A program made the position numbers and the translations under genes. Below the pieces are notes generated by a model. It was not told the DNA's origin, searched no databases, and worked only from the letters and a program-made list of their open reading frames with translations. Shown one piece after another: positions 44,709 to 53,380 of a DNA stretch of 64,000 nt; within the stretch, counting starts at the first letter, position 1; each line of letters begins with the position of its first letter. Source of the stretch: Candidatus Poribacteria bacterium (GTDB taxonomy: Bacteria; Poribacteria; WGA-4E; WGA-3G); the NCBI GenBank assembly GCA_965232115.1, contig OZ246958.1, positions 52,481-116,480 of the forward strand, in the 5' to 3' direction.

Positions 44709-45329
44709 ATGAAAACAGACTTAGGACGCATCCGACAGATTTCCTATATTGGAGGTCTCGTTTTAGCGTTACTCATCATCGGTTTTACTGGCAGCACACA
44801 ACTCGCAGATGCAGCGGATACTTATGAAATAGACACGGCGCACTCCATGATACTTTTCCGTGCAAAACATAATGGCATCACTTACAACTACGGCAGATTT
44901 AACGAGTTCACCGGCAAAATCACAATGGATGAAACCGATATATCCAAAAGCATGGTAGAATTTGAAGTAAAAACAGCGAGTGTTGACACTGCCAATGAAA
45001 AACGCGACCAACACCTGAGAAGCCCTGACTTTTTCAGCGCGAAGCAGTTTCCCGTTATCACCTTCAAAAGCACAAAGGTGAATATGAAGGAAGGCGAAGA
45101 AGACATGCTGGAGGTCACAGGCGATTTGGAGCTACTCGGTGTTAAAAAATCTATCACAGTAGATGTCGCAATTACAGGAAAAGGCAAAGGGAGACAGGGC
45201 GAATCTTTGATCGGGTTTGAGAGCGTCTTTACGATTAACCGAAGCGAATTCGGAATGACCTATGGCGTTGGCGGACCTGTCAGTGACGACATTCGTCTTA
45301 TTGTCACCATCGAAGCGAAGCAAAAATAG
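44709..45329 (+). CDS. YceI family periplasmic protein
   Basis: Signal peptide. Motifs YEIDTAHS...F...H.G......G.F..F.G.I and FP.ITF.S are characteristic of YceI. Confidence 0.85.
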   Translation: MKTDLGRIRQISYIGGLVLALLIIGFTGSTQLADAADTYEIDTAHSMILFRAKHNGITYNYGRFNEFTGKITMDETDISKSMVEFEVKTASVDTANEKRDQHLRSPDFFSAKQFPVITFKSTKVNMKEGEEDMLEVTGDLELLGVKKSITVDVAITGKGKGRQGESLIGFESVFTINRSEFGMTYGVGGPVSDDIRLIVTIEAKQK

Positions 45330-45407
45330 ACATATACAACCCGATTTACTATTGGCGCGCTTAAAGAGTGCGCCACTCCCACGCAGCAAACATAAGGAGA
45401 TTCAGCG

Positions 45408-46313
45408 GTGTTACTAATTAAACAACTTCTTTTCGGTCTACTCCTACCGGCTATTGTCGGTGGTGTGATTTTTGTCATCGCGAGATCTCTTTCCCCTAAA
45501 GCTTATGCAACTGCTCGATACGAAAAAGAACAAGATGGATTTGCGGGTTGGCTTATCGCTGCCGCACTGGGTGTTGGCTACATAGTTGGCTACCTCGGCT
45601 TAGAAGGGTTGCCAGCATTTCCACCCAAGTTAGGAACCCATTGGCTCTGCTATCTCGCCATCATTGGGTTGATCGTTGCGCGTTTTTGGCATCGTGCCGT
45701 GTGGGGTCCGATAGCACAGATAGTAATCTCTATTATTATCCCGCGCCTCCTTCTAACTTCAACATTTAAACATACATGGGGCCCCATTGAAGGGATTATC
45801 TGGTGGGTGTGCCTCGCTGTCGTTATTTTTATTATCTGGCATCTCGTGGAACAGAGTTTTAGTGCGTTACCCTCTGGCGCATCCGGTCCGTTTGTCTACT
45901 TTGGACTCTCTGGCGGGACGGCTTTGATTCTCGCACTTTCAGGAAGTTTGCGACTGGCACAACATTGTGGGATTTTAGTGGCACTTTTCGCGGCGAGTTG
46001 GATTCTTACACTTGGTCTGCAGCGGGACAGGAAGCCGTTCGTTTTTCCACACGGTGCCTCGCCAGTCGTGACACTCCTACTTATTGGCATCTGGATGAAC
46101 GGTTACTTTTTTGCGGAAGTGCCAGCAGTGAGTGCTATCCTGTTGGCAGTTTCACCGCTTTTGGCACAAGTTGGGCGGATAGCGTCAGTTCAGGGGCTTG
46201 GTGGGTGGCGTTCTACGTTTGCCCAAATAGCAGCTGTTGCCCTCCCAGTCCTTATAGCTATAGGTATTGCCGTTATCCGTTCTGGCTTATTGGGTGAGAA
46301 CAGCGGTTACTAA
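45408..46313 (+). CDS. Polytopic membrane protein, unknown function
   Basis: GTG start with an AAGGAGA RBS. About 8 TM helices. Confidence 0.5.
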   Translation: MLLIKQLLFGLLLPAIVGGVIFVIARSLSPKAYATARYEKEQDGFAGWLIAAALGVGYIVGYLGLEGLPAFPPKLGTHWLCYLAIIGLIVARFWHRAVWGPIAQIVISIIIPRLLLTSTFKHTWGPIEGIIWWVCLAVVIFIIWHLVEQSFSALPSGASGPFVYFGLSGGTALILALSGSLRLAQHCGILVALFAASWILTLGLQRDRKPFVFPHGASPVVTLLLIGIWMNGYFFAEVPAVSAILLAVSPLLAQVGRIASVQGLGGWRSTFAQIAAVALPVLIAIGIAVIRSGLLGENSGY

Positions 46314-46466
46314 TGAGCGAACAAGTAACCATGGCAGTTTGTCTAAATATTTAAGGGTGACTTTGTAAATAGCAGTACCTTCGGAGAGAAGCGGTTTGTT
46401 TGGCAGTGAAAAAAGATTTGATCACCCTCTCGGTTGGAATAAAAGAACAAACATTTGGAGGCAAAA

Positions 46467-49400
46467 ATGGGTTTGGTACGTAATTTAAACTTTCCTATCA
46501 TAGCATTCCTGCTTGGTATCTTGATCTTGTTCAACGGTTGTGTGAAGATGGAAGCGACCCGGAAAGCGGATTGGGAGACACACTTCACAGATTTGCACTT
46601 CGTCAATCATAAACTTGGATGGATCGTCGGAGAACAAGGACTGATCATTCATACCGCAGATGGCGGTGAAACGTGGAAGCAACAAGAAGTTGACACAACA
46701 AGCGTTGGATATCGCATGCCCGATGCTTCCTTAGACTTCAAGGCGATCTACTTTACCAATGCAAACTACGGATGGGCGGTCGGTGATGAAGGGTTAATTG
46801 CGACAACCGATGACGGTGGTAAACATTGGACCTTACAACGGAGCGGCACTTCAGCGATGCTCCTTGATGTCTATTTTGCTAATTCAAAAGAAGGTTGGAT
46901 TGTTGGAGAAGATTCGGACGTTCTTTATACCAAAAACGGCGGAAAAGAGTGGAAACGTTACGAGTACGTCAGCGAGTTTATGCTCAATGGTGTCTGGTTC
47001 GTTGATGATTCAAGAGGATGGGTCGTCGGCACTCACGATAGGATTTTTCACACCCAAACAGGTGGTGAGGCGTGGCGGGAACAGAGCAATCGCTTTGAAG
47101 GTGAACGCGATCGGATGATTAATGACAATAAACAGGTCTTCTTCGTTAGCGACAATGAAGGTTGGATTGTTGGCAGCGATGGCTCCATTTTTCATACAAC
47201 CACGGGTGGTATAAACTGGGAACGTCAAGATAGCCGTATCCCTCTTATTAATGGACACGTCCGAGATACCATCAATAGTATCCATTTCACAGATGAAAAC
47301 TACGGAGTTGCTGTAGCGGATGTCGGCTTTATTACCCGTACCCAAGACGGTGGCGACAATTGGCAATTGATGGAAAGCGGTACTGAAAATAATTTGACGG
47401 GGGTCCAGTTCACTACACCGACAGAGGCGTGGGCTGTTGGATGGTACGGTACTATTTTACGCACAGCGGACGCCGGTGCGACATGGGAAATGACCAGCGG
47501 TACGACTGCCAACGATCTGCAGAATGTCCAGTTTACGAATGCGAATCGCGCCATCGCAGTCGGTAGGCGCGGGACGATGGCAATGAGTGAGGATGGGGGT
47601 CAGACATGGAACGAAATTGAGACAGATATTTGGGATGGTATCTGGAACATCTATTTCGCGACCGACAAACACGGATGGGCGGTTGGTGAACGCGGGCTTG
47701 TTGTCCACACCAGCGATGGCGGTATAAACTGGGAACGTCAGCGTAGCAATTCGGCATTCACGCTCCGTTCCGTCCACTTTATTAGCCCGCAAGTCGGTTG
47801 GACTGTCGGAGATATGGGAAGCATTTTACATACAATTGACGGTGGGCAAACGTGGCTTCCGCAGACCGCCGTTGGCGATTTCCTCTCCCTCATGCTAAAA
47901 GGGGTATTTTTCCTTGATGACAAGAAGGGGTGGGCTATCGGATGGCCGGGTGTTTGTCTGGCAACCGAGGATGGCGGTCTGAGCTGGACGCAGCAGGATA
48001 CCGGTACCTTCAATGAACTCTACGCTGTTTACTTCACAGATGAAAATACAGGATGGATTATCGGACAGTTCGGCGAGATTCTGCATACAAAGAACGGCGG
48101 CAAAAAGTGGAGTTTCCAACGCAGCAGGACACAAGAGAATCTAAATAAACTCTATTTCGCCGATGCACAGCACGGATTAATCGTCGGTGATAACGGTGTG
48201 ATGCTCACGACCGTCAACGGCGGGGCACAGTGGGAGCTTCAAGAGAGCGGCACCGATAACGACCTCTACGGGTTAGCTTTATCACCGGATGGCGTTGTAG
48301 CAGTCGGTAAGGGCGGAATTGCGATGCGTTACTCTGTTGAAGAGGCAGAATTGCCAGCCAAATTGCCACCGGTTGCCGAAGAGACGGAGGTTATTGTAAC
48401 TGCTGAAGAAGATACCCCTATTGAACCTATTGTCTACCATTGGGACATTCTCCGACAGGCAACATGGAGAACTGACTTTGCGGATGTCCACTTTATAGAT
48501 GCACAAAACGGATGGGCGGTCGGTTCGGACGGTGCAATCGCACACACCACAGATGGCGGAAAAACATGGTTCCCCCAACATAGCGGGGTTAATGAAAATC
48601 TGCAAGAAGTTGAATTCAGTGATGAGAAACACGGACGTGTTCTTGGTGCCGGATTTTTACTTCAGACCAAAGATGGTGGCGAAACGTGGCAGCCGATGCT
48701 CCAAGCAACCAAACAAAATCTTCCACGTGTTAGTATGATGCACTTCCTAAATGCTGAAGAGGGTTGGCTTGGAGCCAGAATTGGGGAAATTTTACACACG
48801 ACTGATAGTGGGAAAACGTGGAAAATCCAAAAAACTGGAACGACAACGGCAAGTATCACCGACATTCATTTCATCAATAGTCAGGTTGGATGGGCTGTCA
48901 CGCCCCAACGTCGAGATGGCGGGTTTATCCTCCACACTGTTGACGGCGGCGATTATTGGAAGATTCAGGCGAAGACAAACCAACCTGGTGTTGCTGTTTA
49001 TTTTGGTGATGAAAACCACGGTTGGGTGGTCCTTGGCAACGGCAACTCTTTATTGACGGAAGACGGTGGCGAAACGTGGAGACTGCAAACCACGACCCAA
49101 AGCACAAGCGGCTTGCGCCGTATCACCTTCCGTTCTAATACAGCGGCTTATGCACTCGGTGGCCGTGGTGCTTATGTCACCGAAGATCAGGGATTGACAT
49201 GGAAAACTGTTCCTGTTGATACGGGAGAAAATGCAGCTGATAATAGGGGCGCTATGGAAGAATTCAACCCGTTTTTATCCGAGGAATCCCAATTAGAATC
49301 TGAAGAACCCAAAGAAGCAGAAGAAGAGGTAGCAGAGGGACCGACGTTAACCTACGACGAGACACCAGAGGAAATCCAAAACAGGCTTCGCGCAGAGTGG

Positions 49401-50552
49401 CAACGCCCAGGTCGCCTCGCACCTGAGGGCGAACTTCCCCCTAACGCCGAACGCGCCACACCGTCACCGGAATCCGCACAGCAACAACCGCCGCCTCCAC
49501 CCGAACCTGAAGGACGCAGAAGGGGAAGAGGGAGTCGCCGAGTCGCCAATGTGTATTTCCTTGATGCAGAACTTGCATGGGCGGTCGGCAGTGGGGGTAG
49601 TATTTTCCACACGACAGACGGCGGACAGACGTGGGAACGTCAACTCGGCGAATCGGAACGTAACGACTTCCGAGAAGTCCTCTTCTACGACGACAAAAAC
49701 GGTTGGATAGCTGGAGATGGTGGTATTTTATTGGAAACCCAAGACGGTGGAGAGACTTGGGATTCACTTCCAAGCCGAACGCGTCAACGCCTGATCGGTA
49801 TACACTTCGCCAGTCTCGAACCGAAATGGGGTTGGACGATGCAACGCGACGGAACCGTCCTCTACACGACAGACGGCGCAGCGTGGACAGCAGGGGACAC
49901 CCCCGAACAACCGCCATTTATGGAAGGCGATTCTCCGGGAACCTTCTCGCTGAACGATGTTGACTTCGGTAAGTTTTCTGAAGGGTGGGCGGTCGGTAGA
50001 CTCGGATACATTATCCACAACAAAGACGGGGGGCCGACGTGGACACCTCAACGCACGACTGCTAACGACACCCTTACGGACGTAGATATGAAATTCGCGC
50101 CGCTCGGGTGGGCGGTCGGACAAGCCGGCGTGACCCAACGCACCATCAATGGTGGTGAGTACTGGCGGCTTCACGAAACGAAAATTAAGTACGATCTCAA
50201 TGCCGTCTCATTCATTGCTAAACGGACTGGATGGGCGGCTGGTGAGGCTGGTATTATCTTGAAGACGAGGGATGGCGGTTTCAATTGGGAGCCGAAAACG
50301 ACCGGCATTAACAAAACGCTCCACGGTATCCTCGCACTTTCTGAACAGGAAATCTATGCAGTCGGTGAAGCGGGTATAATTATCCGCTCAACCGATGGCG
50401 GCGAAACGTGGGAACAGGAACACACCGATATTGATAACAACCTTTATGTGATTACGCGTTCCAAAGATGGTAAAGCGTTGTGGGTTGTTGGACAGTGGGG
50501 TGTCGTCCTCCGCCGGACGTTAGAGACACAGGAACAGATGTCAATGCGGTAA
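46467..50552 (+). CDS. Giant BNR/Ycf48-like repeat lipoprotein (multiple beta-propellers)
   Basis: Lipobox LFNGC. About 26 (T/S)xDGGxTW-type BNR motifs. Acidic and Pro-rich linker (QQQPPPPPEPEGRRRGRGSRR) before the last propeller block. ATG 46467 follows GGAGG. Confidence 0.75.
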   Translation: MGLVRNLNFPIIAFLLGILILFNGCVKMEATRKADWETHFTDLHFVNHKLGWIVGEQGLIIHTADGGETWKQQEVDTTSVGYRMPDASLDFKAIYFTNANYGWAVGDEGLIATTDDGGKHWTLQRSGTSAMLLDVYFANSKEGWIVGEDSDVLYTKNGGKEWKRYEYVSEFMLNGVWFVDDSRGWVVGTHDRIFHTQTGGEAWREQSNRFEGERDRMINDNKQVFFVSDNEGWIVGSDGSIFHTTTGGINWERQDSRIPLINGHVRDTINSIHFTDENYGVAVADVGFITRTQDGGDNWQLMESGTENNLTGVQFTTPTEAWAVGWYGTILRTADAGATWEMTSGTTANDLQNVQFTNANRAIAVGRRGTMAMSEDGGQTWNEIETDIWDGIWNIYFATDKHGWAVGERGLVVHTSDGGINWERQRSNSAFTLRSVHFISPQVGWTVGDMGSILHTIDGGQTWLPQTAVGDFLSLMLKGVFFLDDKKGWAIGWPGVCLATEDGGLSWTQQDTGTFNELYAVYFTDENTGWIIGQFGEILHTKNGGKKWSFQRSRTQENLNKLYFADAQHGLIVGDNGVMLTTVNGGAQWELQESGTDNDLYGLALSPDGVVAVGKGGIAMRYSVEEAELPAKLPPVAEETEVIVTAEEDTPIEPIVYHWDILRQATWRTDFADVHFIDAQNGWAVGSDGAIAHTTDGGKTWFPQHSGVNENLQEVEFSDEKHGRVLGAGFLLQTKDGGETWQPMLQATKQNLPRVSMMHFLNAEEGWLGARIGEILHTTDSGKTWKIQKTGTTTASITDIHFINSQVGWAVTPQRRDGGFILHTVDGGDYWKIQAKTNQPGVAVYFGDENHGWVVLGNGNSLLTEDGGETWRLQTTTQSTSGLRRITFRSNTAAYALGGRGAYVTEDQGLTWKTVPVDTGENAADNRGAMEEFNPFLSEESQLESEEPKEAEEEVAEGPTLTYDETPEEIQNRLRAEWQRPGRLAPEGELPPNAERATPSPESAQQQPPPPPEPEGRRRGRGSRRVANVYFLDAELAWAVGSGGSIFHTTDGGQTWERQLGESERNDFREVLFYDDKNGWIAGDGGILLETQDGGETWDSLPSRTRQRLIGIHFASLEPKWGWTMQRDGTVLYTTDGAAWTAGDTPEQPPFMEGDSPGTFSLNDVDFGKFSEGWAVGRLGYIIHNKDGGPTWTPQRTTANDTLTDVDMKFAPLGWAVGQAGVTQRTINGGEYWRLHETKIKYDLNAVSFIAKRTGWAAGEAGIILKTRDGGFNWEPKTTGINKTLHGILALSEQEIYAVGEAGIIIRSTDGGETWEQEHTDIDNNLYVITRSKDGKALWVVGQWGVVLRRTLETQEQMSMR

Positions 50553-50565
50553 TATGGAGGCGTGT

Positions 50566-51138
50566 ATGTCATCTATTGCGGCAAGAACTTATCTGACCCC
50601 TGAAGAATATCTCGCTTTTGAACGCAAGGCGACGACGAAACATGAGTATCTCGCCGGAGAGATCGTCGCGATGTCGGGCGCAAGTTTCGCACATAATTTC
50701 ATCACTGGGGACATCTTCGGTGAACTTCGCGCCCAGTTGAGAGGCGGGAGGTGTAAGGCTGCCACGAGTGATATGCGCGTCAAAGTCAGCAAAACAGGCT
50801 CCTACTTCTACCCGGACGTTGTCGTCTTTTGTGGTGTACCGCAAGCAGAGGATAACCAATCTGATACGCTTCTCAACCCGACTGTCATCGTAGAGGTGCT
50901 TTCTCCATCAACGGAGGCACGTGATCGAGGAGAGAAATTCTGGCATTATCAGCAACTCGCGTCCTTGCAGGAATACATCCTTGTTTCCCAAGACGAAGTT
51001 TACGTCGAACATTATCTTCCTGAAGGTCCTCACTGGCTGCGAACCGAATTTCGATTACTTGAAGATAGAATGCCACTTCCGTCAATTGAATGTGAGTTGA
51101 GTTTACGTGACATCTATAACAGTATAGAAATGGAATAA
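50566..51138 (+). CDS. Uma2 family (DUF820) PD-(D/E)xK endonuclease-like protein
   Basis: Motifs YLTPEEYLAFERKATTKHEYLAGEIVAMSGAS..H and PDVVVF...EVLSPST are typical of Uma2. Confidence 0.8.
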   Translation: MSSIAARTYLTPEEYLAFERKATTKHEYLAGEIVAMSGASFAHNFITGDIFGELRAQLRGGRCKAATSDMRVKVSKTGSYFYPDVVVFCGVPQAEDNQSDTLLNPTVIVEVLSPSTEARDRGEKFWHYQQLASLQEYILVSQDEVYVEHYLPEGPHWLRTEFRLLEDRMPLPSIECELSLRDIYNSIEME

Positions 51139-51185
51139 AAAGAAAACTTGATACAGCCAATCAGATATGTTACACGCCATGCGTA

Positions 51186-52259
51186 ATGAACAACTTTAAC
51201 TTCATCGACCTCTTTGCTGGCATAGGCGGGATTCGCATTCCTTATGAAAAGTTAGGTGGAATCTGTGTGTTTAGTTCTGAATGGGACAAATACGCCCAGC
51301 AAACCTACACGCATAACTTTGGTGAAATACCTGCTGGCGATATTACTAAGATCGATGAAACTGACATTCCAGACCACGATATTCTATTGGCAGGTTTTCC
51401 GTGTCAGCCGTTCAGCATTATTGGGGATAAACAAGGCTTTGAAGACACGCGTGGCACACTGTTTTTCGACATCACTCGGATTTTGAAGCAGAAACAGCCG
51501 AGTGCGTTCCTTCTTGAAAATGTTAAGCAGCTGCTCACACATGACAAGGGACAAACCTTCGCGGTCATACAAGAACAATTATCACGATTGGGTTACACTA
51601 CTTACCACAAGGTGTTGAATGCGCTTGACTTCGGACTGCCACAGAAACGGGAAAGAATTTTCATCGTCGGGTTTCGCGAACCGATAGCATTTGATTTCCC
51701 GAAGCCTGTCGGCGTGTACAAACGGCTCTCAGAAATACTGGAACCTGACGAAGACATCGAACCGAGTTTATTTGCATCAGAACGTATCCAAAGATCGCGA
51801 CGCGAGAAGTGTAAAGGCACACCCTTCTTCCCCTCTATCTGGCACGAAAACAAAGGTGGTAATATTTCGGTGTTACCCTTTTCGTGCGCCTTAAGAGCTG
51901 GTGCCTCCTACAACTATCTTTTGGTAAATGGGGTCCGGCGACTTTCTGGTAGAGAACTGCTGCGCTTACAAGGATTTCCTGAAGACTTTAAAATTGTAGG
52001 AAATATGATGCAGGTTAGAAAACAGACTGGAAACAGTGTCGCTATTCCGGTCGTTCACGCGATTGCTGAAAAAATGTTGCAGGCATTGCAACAACGCAAA
52101 CCGATGATACCACTTGCTGAACAATTGCTTCTTTTTGAAAATAGAATTAATGCTTTCGCAAACGAGATAAAGGTTGAGTTTCCTTCAACCGATCCAGAAT
52201 TTACTGATTTCTTCAATACCCGCGGGTATTATTACTCAACATCTACTGACTTTTGGTAA
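51186..52259 (+). CDS. dcm: DNA (cytosine-5) methyltransferase
   Basis: Motif I DLFAGIGG, IV GFPCQPFS, VI ENV, VIII QKRERIFIVG, X GNSVAIPV. Confidence 0.9.
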   Translation: MNNFNFIDLFAGIGGIRIPYEKLGGICVFSSEWDKYAQQTYTHNFGEIPAGDITKIDETDIPDHDILLAGFPCQPFSIIGDKQGFEDTRGTLFFDITRILKQKQPSAFLLENVKQLLTHDKGQTFAVIQEQLSRLGYTTYHKVLNALDFGLPQKRERIFIVGFREPIAFDFPKPVGVYKRLSEILEPDEDIEPSLFASERIQRSRREKCKGTPFFPSIWHENKGGNISVLPFSCALRAGASYNYLLVNGVRRLSGRELLRLQGFPEDFKIVGNMMQVRKQTGNSVAIPVVHAIAEKMLQALQQRKPMIPLAEQLLLFENRINAFANEIKVEFPSTDPEFTDFFNTRGYYYSTSTDFW

Positions 52260-52320
52260 GTTTAAATTCCGTCATCGGAGAGTAAAAAAACGATTTTAAC
52301 GGCATACAGATCCCCATAGC

Positions 52321-52375
52321 GGTTGGAGTTAACCAAAAAACATCGTGAAACGTAGTGGAACGATGCCCAGGAGCC
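52321..52375 (+). repeat. Conserved pre-start element, copy C
   Basis: GGTTGGAGTTAACCAAAAAACATCGTGAAACGTAGTGGAACGATGCCCAGGAGCC is about 85% identical to copy B over 55 nt. It ends 13 nt before the vWA gene ATG. Confidence 0.75.
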
Positions 52376-52387
52376 TATAATAAAAAA

Positions 52388-53368
52388 ATGAAGTCAAAAT
52401 CCAGTAAAGCCTTACTCATTTCAGTTTTATTACACTTCGGTGTCGGGTTGATCGGATTCTTTTATTGGTTCGGTACAAACCCGCAGCGAAACACTGACAG
52501 CATCAACGCATTGCTTATCGCGGAAGAAAAACCGAAAGTTAGGCGTGTGCAACGACGGAAACGCGTACAAATGACACAGAAAAGGACCCGCGATACCAAT
52601 CAACCGCGACTGAAAATCCTTACGAGTAATCAGCCCGCTACGACTCGCGGTGTCGTTTCCGCTGCAGAACCAGCACCCTTCCAACCGTTCGACATGGATA
52701 ATTTAGGTGAACCCGTTGGACCCACAACAACAACGGTTGAATTTGACAATACACCACGTGTGCAAAGGGTTGTTGAACGTCCTTCCAGGAAACGACCGAA
52801 GACCCAAGAACGCCCCAAAAGTAGGTTAGTGCGGTTCATTGAGGTACAAGAAGGACCGCAACGCATCGTCTACTGCATCGACCTCTCTACGAGCATGCAA
52901 AACCTGCCACCGCACAAACTCAAGCGAGTTATAGACCTCATGCGAGATTCACTCACCTTCCTTGAATTGCATGACAGTTTCAATATCGTGGCATTTAGTG
53001 CAGAATTAGTCGTCTACCAAGAAGGTTTCATCCCTATAGATGAGCAGACAGTTGCGGCATCTTCAAACTATCTCGCTGACATCCAATCTCAAATCCATAC
53101 AGACGGCACCGACCACGACATGCTAACGGCATTGACAGAGATTGCAAAGACTGCACCCACGATTGTTGTCCTCTTTAGCGATGGTATTCCCACGACAATC
53201 GAAGGTCCCAATCTCACACTCGTCGGGCAACACGCTGCGGGAAACGGTCGTATTTTCGCTATGGGGACCGGAATGGCACCTAATTTCCCGGGGGCAGTGA
53301 TGCTGAAGCAACTCGCTACCGTCAGTGAAGGCGACCTCTGGCTGGTGGATAGAAGTAGAATTAGATAA
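52388..53368 (+). CDS. Membrane-anchored vWA domain protein with a TonB-like N-terminus
   Basis: Start at MKSKSSKALLISVLLHFG. Basic/Pro linker. MIDAS motif CIDLSTSM. The preceding MERCPGA codons are repeat-derived. Confidence 0.7.
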   Translation: MKSKSSKALLISVLLHFGVGLIGFFYWFGTNPQRNTDSINALLIAEEKPKVRRVQRRKRVQMTQKRTRDTNQPRLKILTSNQPATTRGVVSAAEPAPFQPFDMDNLGEPVGPTTTTVEFDNTPRVQRVVERPSRKRPKTQERPKSRLVRFIEVQEGPQRIVYCIDLSTSMQNLPPHKLKRVIDLMRDSLTFLELHDSFNIVAFSAELVVYQEGFIPIDEQTVAASSNYLADIQSQIHTDGTDHDMLTALTEIAKTAPTIVVLFSDGIPTTIEGPNLTLVGQHAAGNGRIFAMGTGMAPNFPGAVMLKQLATVSEGDLWLVDRSRIR

Positions 53369-53380
53369 GAGGAAATTGGC

